Origin: Dethiobacter sp.
GTDB lineage: Bacteria; Bacillota; Dethiobacteria; DTU022; UBA8154
DNA: 64,000 bases
NCBI GenBank assembly: GCA_020725665.1
Contig: DYEO01000033.1
Coordinates: 5,398 to 69,397 of the forward strand
Reading direction: 5' to 3'
Shown: positions 51,881 to 60,646 of the stretch, piece by piece
Position numbering within the stretch: position 1 is the first letter of the stretch
How the letters are laid out: each line of letters opens with the position of its first letter
The notes under the pieces: model-generated
What the model saw: only the letters and a program-made list of their open reading frames with translations
The model's database searches: none
What the model was told of the DNA's origin: nothing
Position numbers and translations under genes: made by a program

Positions 51881-52786
51881 TCAGCCGAGGAGTGCCTCGA
51901 CAAAGAGGGAAGGGTCAAAAACCTGCAGATCTTCCTTCTTCTCTCCCATGCCCACGAGTTTTACCGGAATCCCGGTTAGGTCCTTAACGGCAACGACAAT
52001 ACCACCCCGGGCCGTGCCATCCAGTTTCGTCAGCACTATTCCGGAAAGAGGGACAGCCTGTTGAAAATATTTTGCCTGGGCAATGCCGTTTTGTCCGGTT
52101 GTAGCATCAAGGACCAGGAGTGTTTCATGGGGTGCTCCCAGCAGGGCCCGGCCGATAACGCGATAAATTTTCTTGATTTCTTCGATCAGATTGGCCTTGG
52201 TATGCAGCCGGCCGGCCGTGTCGCAGAGGAGCAGGTCCGCTTTGCGTGCCACGGCGGCACTGACCGCATCATAGATCACCGCCGAGGGATCGCCCCCGGC
52301 CTGGTGCTTGATTATCCCCGCCCCCACCCGGTTGGACCACTCCTCCAGTTGCTCAATGGCGGCGGCACGGAACGTATCCCCTGCCGCAATCAGTACATCC
52401 TTACCCATCTCCCGGTAGTGGTAGGCCAGCTTGGCGATACTTGTGGTCTTCCCCACGCCGTTGACACCTAGCACGAGAAAAACCGTTGGAGGAGAGGGGG
52501 CAAGAGCCAGAGAAACATTCTTCTCCCCGTCCATAATGGCGTTAAGCAGTTCCTTTAGCATCTCCCTGGCCCGGAACGCTTCTTTAACTTTGCCATCGTG
52601 CAGACGCTGCTGTAACAATGTGATTATTTTAGTGGATGTCTCCACTCCCACATCGGCGGAGATTAAAACCTCCTCCAGGCTTTCAAAAAAATCATCATTG
52701 ATCTCACTTTTGCTGAATAATTGGTCAAAACGGCCCTGCAGGGCTTCCCTGGTGCGGCGCAAACCTTCTTTAAAAATTTTCAACAT
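51881..52786 (-). CDS. ftsY: signal recognition particle receptor FtsY
   Basis: 301-aa ORF with an NG domain (GVNGVGKTT, DTAGR, TKLDGT). Confidence 0.95.
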   Translation of the reverse strand: MLKIFKEGLRRTREALQGRFDQLFSKSEINDDFFESLEEVLISADVGVETSTKIITLLQQRLHDGKVKEAFRAREMLKELLNAIMDGEKNVSLALAPSPPTVFLVLGVNGVGKTTSIAKLAYHYREMGKDVLIAAGDTFRAAAIEQLEEWSNRVGAGIIKHQAGGDPSAVIYDAVSAAVARKADLLLCDTAGRLHTKANLIEEIKKIYRVIGRALLGAPHETLLVLDATTGQNGIAQAKYFQQAVPLSGIVLTKLDGTARGGIVVAVKDLTGIPVKLVGMGEKKEDLQVFDPSLFVEALLG

Positions 52787-52800
52787 CTACTCTATCACCT

Positions 52801-52898
52801 TGCTTTTCTCCTTCTGCCTCCTGCTTCCTGACTCCTGACTTTTGACTTTCGAATCCCGCCTCCTGCTTCCTGCCTCCTGCTTCCTGCTTCTTGCACTC
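52801..52898 (+). repeat. 14 heptamers in unbroken 7-nt phase filling the smc-ftsY spacer
   Basis: The units are tgctttt ctccttc tgcctcc tgcttcc tgactcc tgacttt tgacttt cgaatcc cgcctcc tgcttcc tgcctcc tgcttcc tgcttct tgcactc. mRNA sense is GGAGGCA/GGAAGCA/GGAGTCA. Confidence 0.95.
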
Positions 52899-55800
52899 AC
52901 CCTGCTTTTTGTTTTAAATCAAGGGAGATAACCTTTGATACTCCCTCTTCCTCCATCGTTATACCATAGAGTACGTCCGCTTCTTCCATTGTCTGGCGGC
53001 GGTGCGTGATTAAAATAAACTGGGTCTCCCGGGCGAAGCTCTTCAGATAACTGATAAAGCGGCCGGCATTGTTATCGTCGAGCGAAGAATCAATCTCATC
53101 GAGGATACAGAAAGGAACAGGCCGGTAATACAACAGGGCAAAAAGAAGGGCGATAGCGGTAAGTGCCTTTTCTCCTCCGGAGAGGAGAGATATGTTCTTT
53201 AAATTTTTACCCGGCGGCTGGGCTGTGATTTCGATCCCCGAATCAAGGACATTTTGGGGATCGGCAAGCCGCAACAAGGCCTGCCCGCCGCCGAACAGTT
53301 GTTGAAAAACATCGTTAAAATGCTTCTCCACGGCAGAGAGGGACGCCAGAAACTGTTCTTTCATATGCCGGTCAAGCTCAGCCAGTACTTTTTTTATCCC
53401 CTTTTCCCCCGCCTGCAAATCCTGATGTTGCGTCTCCAGAAAGGTGATCCTTTCCTGCAGGCGCTCGTATTCATCAATTACCGCAGTATTTACCGTTCCC
53501 AGGGCGGCGATCTCCCCGCCAAGCTGATCCCGCCGGGCTGTCAGCTCTGCCGCAGGCTCATCCCCTGCGGCTTTATCTTGCAGGACGGACATCTCCTTAA
53601 TGGGGTCCAGATCATATTTCTCCCGTAACTGTTCCTCCAGATAACGTTGCGCTTCCTCCAGTTTTACCGATTCGAGCTGCAATTGCTGGCTGCGCCGCGT
53701 ATATTTTTCGCTGTCTTTTTCCACCTTTTCCAGTTCTCCGGAAAGTTCCGTTTTTTCCCGGACCAGGTTATCCACTTCAACTGCAAGGGTGAGAAGCCGG
53801 GCCTTACACCGCTTCAACTCTCCTCTCCCTTCCTCAAGCCGGCCAGCCAGCATTACCTCCTCTGCGGCCAAACGTTCCCATTCTGCCTGCAGCCTTTCCT
53901 TTTCTCCCACCAGTTCCGCCGCCAAACCCTGCAAACCGCTTTTTTCATGTATATGCCGGCGGCGCTGTTCCTGCAGGGAACTTTCTTTCTCCTGGATGGC
54001 GGAAAAACGTACGCGTAGCTCCACAAGTTCGTTTTCTGTGCAGCGGAACACCTCTTCGCTCTGCCTGACCCGCTCCCCCAGTCTGTTCTCTTCCCTTTGC
54101 AGGTTGATTATTTCTTTTTCTATTCGATCCCGTTCTTTTTTTTCCTGGTTTGCCAGTCCGGCCAGGGCGGCTAACTTACCCTGCCATTTCTCCATCTCCT
54201 GCTCCAGCCGCTGCCTTTCGTCGGCAAGCATCTTCAACTCCCTGGCAATATGCTCCCCTTCACCCTGTAGCTTTAGTTTATCCTTGGTCAGCTCTCTTCC
54301 TTCCTGTTCGCCGGCGGCTATTTTTTGATAAATCTGCTCCCGTTCTTTTTTTATCTCCTGCATGGCCAGGCTTGACGCGGTTAAAGCAGCATCCCGGGCA
54401 CTGATCTCCTTCAACAGTTCTTCCAACTCCCGCTTGCGTTGCAAAAATCCTGGATTTTCCCGGGGCTGGTAACCGCCGGAGATAGCCCCCCCGGGGGTAA
54501 TCACCTCGCCATCAAGTGTTACCAGTTTCCAGCCCCCCCGGTTCGAGTGGGCCAGCTTAAGAGCCGTATCCAGGTTGGCGGCTACCAGGACATTGCCCAG
54601 CAGATGGTCAACGGCCTTGCGGAAACGATCCGGCGCCTCCACCAGTTTCGCGGCTATTCCCAGCAAGCCTTCGCCTCCATCAGCGGGCAGATCACGGCGC
54701 TGCGGCGGACGCAACAGGTTCAGGGGAAGAAAGGTTGCTCTTCCGGCCCGCTCCTTTTTCAAATATTCGATGGCACAGCGTGCAGCCGCATCATTATCCG
54801 TAACTATGTATTGCATCGCTCCCCCCAGGGTTACCTCTATCGCTTTTTCAAGGAAAGGAGGGACAGTAATAAGGCCGACCAGGGGTCCATGAATTCCGGA
54901 AAGAGCGGTTTTTCCGCCGCTTACGGCCTGCATTACCGCCCTAACCCCCCCTGCATAATAGCTCAGGTTCTCTTCGCTCTCACGCAGGTACCTGGCCCGG
55001 TTGCGTTTTTTTTCCTGTTCTTTCTCCATCTCCTGGAGCTCCGCCTGTGCTCTTTCCAGCCTGCTCTCCAACTCCTGCCGCATCTTTGCCAGCAGGGATT
55101 GTTCTTTAACCCACTTCTCCTCCTCCCAGCGCAGACGTTCCTGCAAAACGGCATTCTTTTTCTCCTGTTCCAGGATATACTGCCGGTCTGAAAGGACCTT
55201 TTTTATACGCCCGCTTAGTTCTTCCATGGTTTCGTTAATCTCAACGCAACGCGTTTCCTTGTCCTGCAGGGCCTGGTTTAGCGTTACGAGACGGGATGCT
55301 GCCTGTGCAACCTGCCGGCGCAGGCTCTCCAGGGCGGGAAGTTCCTGCTTTGCTTGCAGCAGTTTTAGTTTTTCCTTCAGCGTTGCCGCCCTTTCCCCCT
55401 GCTCCCTTTGTTCCTGTTCCAGTTTTTGCAGTTCAAGCCTGTTTTGTTCCAGCGTCTTATCCAAACCGGAAATTCGCTCCCAAACTTCCTGCATGGCGTT
55501 TTCCTTAAAGCGGCGCTTCTCCAGGGAAAAGTTTTTCTGTTCCCGTACCACGGCCAACTTTCTCTCCAACTGCTGCACATTTTGCTCATGCTCGCGCAAC
55601 AGGGCCTGCTCTGTCTCCACCCTCTCTTTTTTTTCCTGCTCCTGCCGGTTATTGTCGTCGAGTTTGCTTCTCCAGGCTTTACGGTTTTCTTCCTGTTCCC
55701 GGAGCTGCTCATCTATCCTTGCAAGTTCGTCCTGTATTTTCTGCCGGCGTTTATTGTTGTCAACCCATTGTCTTGCCAGAATCTTTTCCTCCACTTCACG

Positions 55801-56466
55801 CAAAAGACTGCGTAAAAAACGGTATCGCTTTGCCAGGGAAACTGCATCTGCAAGGGGCTCCTGCTGATTCTTTAGCTCCAGCAGGAGATCTTCCACACGC
55901 AGCAAATTTTGCGCCGCTTCCTCCAGTTTGCCCAGTGTTTCTTTTTTCCTGCGCCTGTATTTATGGATACGGGCTACTTCCTCAAAAAGCTCCCTGTGCT
56001 CTTCCGGCCTGGCATTGATTAATTGCTCCACCCGGCCCTGGCCGATAAGTGAATATGTTTCCATACCGATACCCGTATCAAGAAAAAGATCCACAATATC
56101 CCTGAGGCGGCACGGGTTCTTATTTATGTAGTATTCCCCCTCCCCCGATCGGTACATCCGCCTGGTAATCACAACTTCATCATAATCAAGGGGTAAAAAA
56201 CCACCGACTCCCGCCAGACTGAGCGAGACCTCTGCGTAGTTCATGGCACGCCGTTTTGCTGTTCCGGAAAAAATCAGCTCATCCATCTGTGCGCCCCGCA
56301 ACAGGCGCGCGCTTTGTGATCCCAGCACCCAGCGCACGGCGTCGAGCAGGTTGCTTTTCCCGCAGCCATTGGGCCCCACAGCCGCAGTAATCCCGGGAGA
56401 AAAGGTAAATTCCACTTTCTCCGGGAAAGATTTAAAACCGGTTATCTCCAGCTTCTTTAAATACAT
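52897..56466 (-). CDS. smc: chromosome segregation protein SMC
   Basis: 1189-aa ORF with N-terminal Walker A GPNGCGKSN, long coiled coils, a hinge, and C-terminal LSGGEK and Walker B ILDEID. Confidence 0.95.
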   Translation of the reverse strand: MYLKKLEITGFKSFPEKVEFTFSPGITAAVGPNGCGKSNLLDAVRWVLGSQSARLLRGAQMDELIFSGTAKRRAMNYAEVSLSLAGVGGFLPLDYDEVVITRRMYRSGEGEYYINKNPCRLRDIVDLFLDTGIGMETYSLIGQGRVEQLINARPEEHRELFEEVARIHKYRRRKKETLGKLEEAAQNLLRVEDLLLELKNQQEPLADAVSLAKRYRFLRSLLREVEEKILARQWVDNNKRRQKIQDELARIDEQLREQEENRKAWRSKLDDNNRQEQEKKERVETEQALLREHEQNVQQLERKLAVVREQKNFSLEKRRFKENAMQEVWERISGLDKTLEQNRLELQKLEQEQREQGERAATLKEKLKLLQAKQELPALESLRRQVAQAASRLVTLNQALQDKETRCVEINETMEELSGRIKKVLSDRQYILEQEKKNAVLQERLRWEEEKWVKEQSLLAKMRQELESRLERAQAELQEMEKEQEKKRNRARYLRESEENLSYYAGGVRAVMQAVSGGKTALSGIHGPLVGLITVPPFLEKAIEVTLGGAMQYIVTDNDAAARCAIEYLKKERAGRATFLPLNLLRPPQRRDLPADGGEGLLGIAAKLVEAPDRFRKAVDHLLGNVLVAANLDTALKLAHSNRGGWKLVTLDGEVITPGGAISGGYQPRENPGFLQRKRELEELLKEISARDAALTASSLAMQEIKKEREQIYQKIAAGEQEGRELTKDKLKLQGEGEHIARELKMLADERQRLEQEMEKWQGKLAALAGLANQEKKERDRIEKEIINLQREENRLGERVRQSEEVFRCTENELVELRVRFSAIQEKESSLQEQRRRHIHEKSGLQGLAAELVGEKERLQAEWERLAAEEVMLAGRLEEGRGELKRCKARLLTLAVEVDNLVREKTELSGELEKVEKDSEKYTRRSQQLQLESVKLEEAQRYLEEQLREKYDLDPIKEMSVLQDKAAGDEPAAELTARRDQLGGEIAALGTVNTAVIDEYERLQERITFLETQHQDLQAGEKGIKKVLAELDRHMKEQFLASLSAVEKHFNDVFQQLFGGGQALLRLADPQNVLDSGIEITAQPPGKNLKNISLLSGGEKALTAIALLFALLYYRPVPFCILDEIDSSLDDNNAGRFISYLKSFARETQFILITHRRQTMEEADVLYGITMEEEGVSKVISLDLKQKAG

Positions 56467-56496
56467 AGGGATAAGACCACCACTTATTTTATCATT

Positions 56497-56538
56497 TATT
56501 CAGAACTGCGTGTTCAGAATTCAGACTTCAGGATGTTG
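56497..56538 (+). repeat. heptamer array (tattcag aactgcg tgttcag aattcag acttcag gatgttg)
   Basis: Read directly from the sequence, in the rnc-smc spacer. mRNA sense is CTGAANN. Confidence 0.8.
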
Positions 56539-56580
56539 GTTTCTCGCTACCCTGCTGCCCAAGTTACAGAGCTCTAACTC

Positions 56581-57327
56581 TTACTCTGGCGGGTCTGTCT
56601 CCCGCTGAACGCCCCAGCCTTTGGCTGGGCATACATCAACTATCAACTGTTCCCAGGCTGCTTTTGCCGCCGCTTGCTCCGCTTCTTTTTTTGTCTTGCC
56701 CGTTCCCAGTCCGATAATCATATCATCAAGCTCTGCCGCCGCTTCAAAGGTCTTATCATGTTGCGGCCCCACTTCTTTGATAATGGAGTATACAGGTGTC
56801 TTACCCGTAAGAGACTGGCATTTTTCCTGAAGCATCGTTTTAAAGTCGGCCAGCGGGAAAAGACCTTTTTCCAGCGCTTCCAGCATAGGCTCAAAAAGGG
56901 CGATCACCCGGGTGCCGGTCTGCACGTATCCCGTATCCAGAAAAAGAGCGCCAATCAGCGCCTCCAGGGCATCAGCCAGCAACGAGGCTTTCTCAGCGCC
57001 TCCACTGGTGCTCTCTCCTTTTCCCAGTTTTATGTACTCCCCCAGGTTTAACTGTCGGGCCAGTCCCGCCAGGGATTTTTCATTAACAATGCTGTGCCGC
57101 ATCTGTGTTAATTTGCCTTCAGGGTAGCCCGGATAGGATTTAAATAAATATTCTGATATCACCAATTCCAGGACAGCATCTCCGAGAAATTCCAGGCGTT
57201 CGTTGTGCCTGCGGTTTCCCGCTTCGTGGGCAAAGGAGGTATGAGTAAGCGCCTCTTCATATATTACCATATTATGTATTGGCCAAGCCAGTTCCCGCAG
57301 CAACTCCCCCGTTTTCTTATCCGGCAC
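56581..57327 (-). CDS. rnc: ribonuclease III
   Basis: It carries ALTHTSFAHE...NERLEFLGDAVL and a C-terminal dsRBD. I place the start at the GTG after ggaggg. The longer track ORF would overlap fabF. Confidence 0.9.
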   Translation of the reverse strand: MPDKKTGELLRELAWPIHNMVIYEEALTHTSFAHEAGNRRHNERLEFLGDAVLELVISEYLFKSYPGYPEGKLTQMRHSIVNEKSLAGLARQLNLGEYIKLGKGESTSGGAEKASLLADALEALIGALFLDTGYVQTGTRVIALFEPMLEALEKGLFPLADFKTMLQEKCQSLTGKTPVYSIIKEVGPQHDKTFEAAAELDDMIIGLGTGKTKKEAEQAAAKAAWEQLIVDVCPAKGWGVQRETDPPE

Positions 57328-57341
57328 GCTGCAATACCCTC

Positions 57342-58580
57342 CTAAACAGGCTCCCGCCGCACGACAAGGCAGGCATTCGTTCCCCCGAAACCAAAGGAGT
57401 TGGAAATGGCTACAGCAATTTCTTTGGCACAAGGTTCGTTCGGGACATAGTTCAAGTCGCAGTCGGGATCCGCCTCTTCATAATTGATCGTCGGCGGTAT
57501 CATGCCGTTTTTCACAGTCAACAGGGTGGCCACCAACTCCACACCGCCGGCCGCCCCCAGCAAATGACCAATCATGGATTTGGTGGAACTGATGGCCAGG
57601 CGGTAAGCGTGCTCACCAAAAAGCTTTTTAATAGCCAACGTTTCCACCCGGTCATTTAACTGGGTCGATGTACCGTGGGCATTGATATAATCCACCATCT
57701 CAGGGGAGATGGCTGCATCTTTCAGAGCCCGTTCCATACAGAGATACGCTCCCCTTCCTTCCGGATCGGGAGCGGTGATATGGTAACCGTCCCCGGACAT
57801 GCCGTATCCGGCCAGTTCCCCGTAAATATCGGCACCCCGGGACAGGGCATGTTCCCATGTTTCCAGGATCAGGATACCGGCGCCTTCGCCCATAACAAAA
57901 CCGTCCCGCTGCATCTCAAAGGGACGGGAAGCTTTTTGCGGCTCTGCATTACGGGTGGAAAGGGCCCTTGCCGCGCAAAAACCTGCAAAAGCAATGTCAG
58001 TGAGAGGTGCTTCCGCACCTCCGGCAATCATCACATCCGCATCTCCCCGCTGCAAAAGTCGAAAAGCCTCACCGATGGCATGGGTGCCCGTGGTGCAGGC
58101 GGTGGCGGGAGTGATGTTGGGTCCCCTTAAACCGTAATAGATTGAGACATATCCTGTAGCCATGTTGGCAATGAGCATGGGAACAAGGAAAGGGGAAACA
58201 CGGCGCGGTCCCTTTTCCATGAGGACCTGAAACTGTTTTTCAATGGTATCCAAGCCGCCGATCCCGGAGCCGATGATTACCCCGACTCTCTCCCGATCCT
58301 CCTTCTCCAGCTCAATCTTTGCATCCGCAACAGCCATGACCGCCGCTGCGTGGGCAAACTGGGTATAGGTATCCGTTTTCTTAAGATCTCTTTTGTCCAT
58401 GAAGCTTTCCGGTTGAAAACCTTCAACGGTCCCGGCAATCCAGGTGGGATAATCCCGGAACCGCTCGACCACCCGCACCCCGCTCTGTCCCCTGATCAGG
58501 TTTTCCCAGAAATCCTTTATCCCGAGGCCAATGGGCGTCACCACTCCCAGGCCCGTGATAACGACGCGTTTTTTCGACAA
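57342..58580 (-). CDS. fabF: 3-oxoacyl-ACP synthase II
   Basis: 412-aa ORF, KAS II-like throughout, with an active-site Cys in PATACTTG and a His-His pair. Confidence 0.95.
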   Translation of the reverse strand: MSKKRVVITGLGVVTPIGLGIKDFWENLIRGQSGVRVVERFRDYPTWIAGTVEGFQPESFMDKRDLKKTDTYTQFAHAAAVMAVADAKIELEKEDRERVGVIIGSGIGGLDTIEKQFQVLMEKGPRRVSPFLVPMLIANMATGYVSIYYGLRGPNITPATACTTGTHAIGEAFRLLQRGDADVMIAGGAEAPLTDIAFAGFCAARALSTRNAEPQKASRPFEMQRDGFVMGEGAGILILETWEHALSRGADIYGELAGYGMSGDGYHITAPDPEGRGAYLCMERALKDAAISPEMVDYINAHGTSTQLNDRVETLAIKKLFGEHAYRLAISSTKSMIGHLLGAAGGVELVATLLTVKNGMIPPTINYEEADPDCDLNYVPNEPCAKEIAVAISNSFGFGGTNACLVVRREPV

Positions 58581-58674
58581 CTATTTCACCTCTCTTACGT
58601 CACCATGGACGGAAAGACATTTCCCAATGAATAAAAAAGTTCTAACCCGGAAACAGCAAACGCGCCTCTATCAA

Positions 58675-58902
58675 TTAGAGATTTGCTTCTATGTAATTCA
58701 CAATATCCCCCACAGTCTTAATCTTTTCCACTTCTTCATCGGCAATTTCCAGGCCAAACTCTTCCTCCAACGCCATTACCAGCTCCACCACATCCAGGGA
58801 ATCAGCATCAATATCCTCAAAAGTAGTCGACATCGTGATCTTCTCCCCATCTACATCGAGCTGCTCCACAATTAATGCTTTTACCTTTTCAAAAACGGAC
58901 AT
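58675..58902 (-). CDS. acpP: acyl carrier protein
   Basis: 75-aa ORF with the [18 protein letters not shown] phosphopantetheine attachment motif. Confidence 0.95.
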   Translation of the reverse strand: MSVFEKVKALIVEQLDVDGEKITMSTTFEDIDADSLDVVELVMALEEEFGLEIADEEVEKIKTVGDIVNYIEANL

Positions 58903-58930
58903 TCCTCATTATACCTCCTTCTTTTTCACC

Positions 58931-59677
58931 TTATATGGCAAGCCCTCCATCTATGGAAAGCACCGATCCGGTTATATAAGCAGAATCTTCACCCGCCAGG
59001 AAAAGAACTGCTGCAGCAACTTCGGAAGGTTTGCCAAATCTCCCCAGGGCAATCTGGCTGCGCAGCGTCTCTTGCCAAGGCTCCGCTAGTGAAGCGGTCA
59101 TTTCTGTTTCGATAAACCCGGGAGCAATGGCATTTACGGTAATATCTCTGCGTCCCAACTCTTTTGCCAGCGATTTAGTAAAGGCAATAACTCCCGCTTT
59201 GGCAGCAGCATAATTTGTTTGACCGCTGTTGCCGCACAGTCCGGCTACAGAAGCGATGTTAATGATGCGGCCACCACTTTTTTGTTTTAGAAGGGGCTTG
59301 ATCACGGCCTTGCAACAGTTGAATACCCCTTTCAGGTTGGTATCCAGCACGGCATCCCAGTCTGCGTTTTTCATCACAGCCAGGAGACTGTCCCGTCTCA
59401 CCCCGGCATTATTTACCAGTATATCAATTCTGCCAAAATGATCAAGTGTGGCCTGGACCATCTGTTCGCATTCAGAAAATATGGCAACATCGGCACGGTA
59501 AAGCAAGGCCTCCCCGCCGCATGCTTCCACCTCTTCCTTGACCTGCAGCGCCGCCTCTTCCCGCTGCTGATAGTTTATTACCACTTTTGCCCCGGCTCCA
59601 GCCAAGGCCAGGACGATAGCGCCGCCGATACCCCGTGAACCTCCACTGACGAGAGCTACTTTTCCCCATAAAGGCAA
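58931..59677 (-). CDS. fabG: 3-oxoacyl-ACP reductase
   Basis: 248-aa SDR with GGSRGIG and YAAAKAG motifs, in fab cluster context. Confidence 0.9.
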   Translation of the reverse strand: MPLWGKVALVSGGSRGIGGAIVLALAGAGAKVVINYQQREEAALQVKEEVEACGGEALLYRADVAIFSECEQMVQATLDHFGRIDILVNNAGVRRDSLLAVMKNADWDAVLDTNLKGVFNCCKAVIKPLLKQKSGGRIINIASVAGLCGNSGQTNYAAAKAGVIAFTKSLAKELGRRDITVNAIAPGFIETEMTASLAEPWQETLRSQIALGRFGKPSEVAAAVLFLAGEDSAYITGSVLSIDGGLAI

Positions 59678-59680
59678 AGG

Positions 59681-60616
59681 CTATACCTCCTCCAGCATTT
59701 TTTGCATCCGTTCCATTGTCAGCGGATCTTCAACGTGCACAGCCTGTACATCGCTGCTTATTTTCTTCATAAACCCGGTAAGTACACGCCCGGGGCCAAC
59801 CTCAATAAAGAAATCATAACCTTCGTATAATAAAAGCAGCATGGCGTCTTCCCAGAGGACAGGGCGGTAAACCTGCTCCACCAGGGATTCCCTGATAGCT
59901 TCAGGGTCCTGCAGACAGGCGGCATGCACGTTGTTGACAAAGAGAATCTCCGGCCGGTTCAAGGGCACGTCCTTTAAAAGAAGAGACATCTTTTCATGGA
60001 GGGGAAACAGCAGGCGGCTGTGAAAAGGAGCGCTTACCGAGAGCATAACCGTGCGCGCTTTTCGTTCCCTGGCAAGGCGGCAAACCTCCTCCAGGACATT
60101 TCTATAACCCGAGATCACAATCTGGCCCGGGCAGTTAAAATTGGCCGGTTCCACATGTCCGAGGGGAAGGCACATTTCACAGAGGGCACTTACCTCCGCG
60201 GCGCTGAGGCCCAGGATGGCAGCCATTCCGCCACTCCCTGCAGGCACAGTGTTTTGCATGTATTTACCCCTTTCTCGAACCACCAGCAAGGCATCGCGGA
60301 AATTGAGCACACCGGCGCAGACAAGCGCACTGTACTCACCCAGGCTGAATCCTGCCGTTGCATCAGCTTTGATCCCGGCCTCACGCAAAACTGCCAAAAT
60401 AGCCATACTGGTAGTCAGAATGGCCGGTTGGGTAATCTCCGTCTGCCGCAGTTCTTCCTCCTTTCCCTGGAAAATAATCTCGCTCAGCTTGAAACCCAAT
60501 ACCTCGTCAGCCTCGGCGAAAACGTCGCGGGCTACAGGAAACGCATGGTAAAAGGCCTGGCCCATCCCAACATACTGCGAACCCTGCCCCGGAAAAAGAA
60601 AAACAGTTTTCCTCAT
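59681..60616 (-). CDS. fabD: ACP S-malonyltransferase
   Basis: 311-aa ORF with FPGQGSQ and GFSLGEYSAL motifs. Confidence 0.93.
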   Translation of the reverse strand: MRKTVFLFPGQGSQYVGMGQAFYHAFPVARDVFAEADEVLGFKLSEIIFQGKEEELRQTEITQPAILTTSMAILAVLREAGIKADATAGFSLGEYSALVCAGVLNFRDALLVVRERGKYMQNTVPAGSGGMAAILGLSAAEVSALCEMCLPLGHVEPANFNCPGQIVISGYRNVLEEVCRLARERKARTVMLSVSAPFHSRLLFPLHEKMSLLLKDVPLNRPEILFVNNVHAACLQDPEAIRESLVEQVYRPVLWEDAMLLLLYEGYDFFIEVGPGRVLTGFMKKISSDVQAVHVEDPLTMERMQKMLEEV

Positions 60617-60646
60617 CTTTCCACACCCGCCCTGCTGTTCATTCTT

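Noticed and set aside
52801-52898. Possible CRISPR array
   Set aside because: The units are 7 nt and directly abutting, with no spacers. No cas genes are in the window. These are microsatellite-like tandem repeats, not CRISPR.
53789-55867. Several long plus-strand ORFs (179, 250 and 288 aa), rich in Ser/Cys/Phe/Leu
   Set aside because: They are antisense to the smc coiled-coil region. Their low-complexity composition mirrors the Glu/Lys/Leu/Gln codons of SMC. No SD or family similarity was seen.
57328-57432. N-terminal extensions implied by the ORF track. This applies to rnc (57328-57432), fabH (61637-61708), the helicase (42870-43001), trmK (28354-28473), the MCP (22562-22606), the SSS genes (34522-34581 and 5439-5492), rplS and rpsP.
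   Set aside because: In each case an internal start with a proper SD matches the conserved family N-terminus. The extension overlaps the upstream gene, a repeat array or a terminator.
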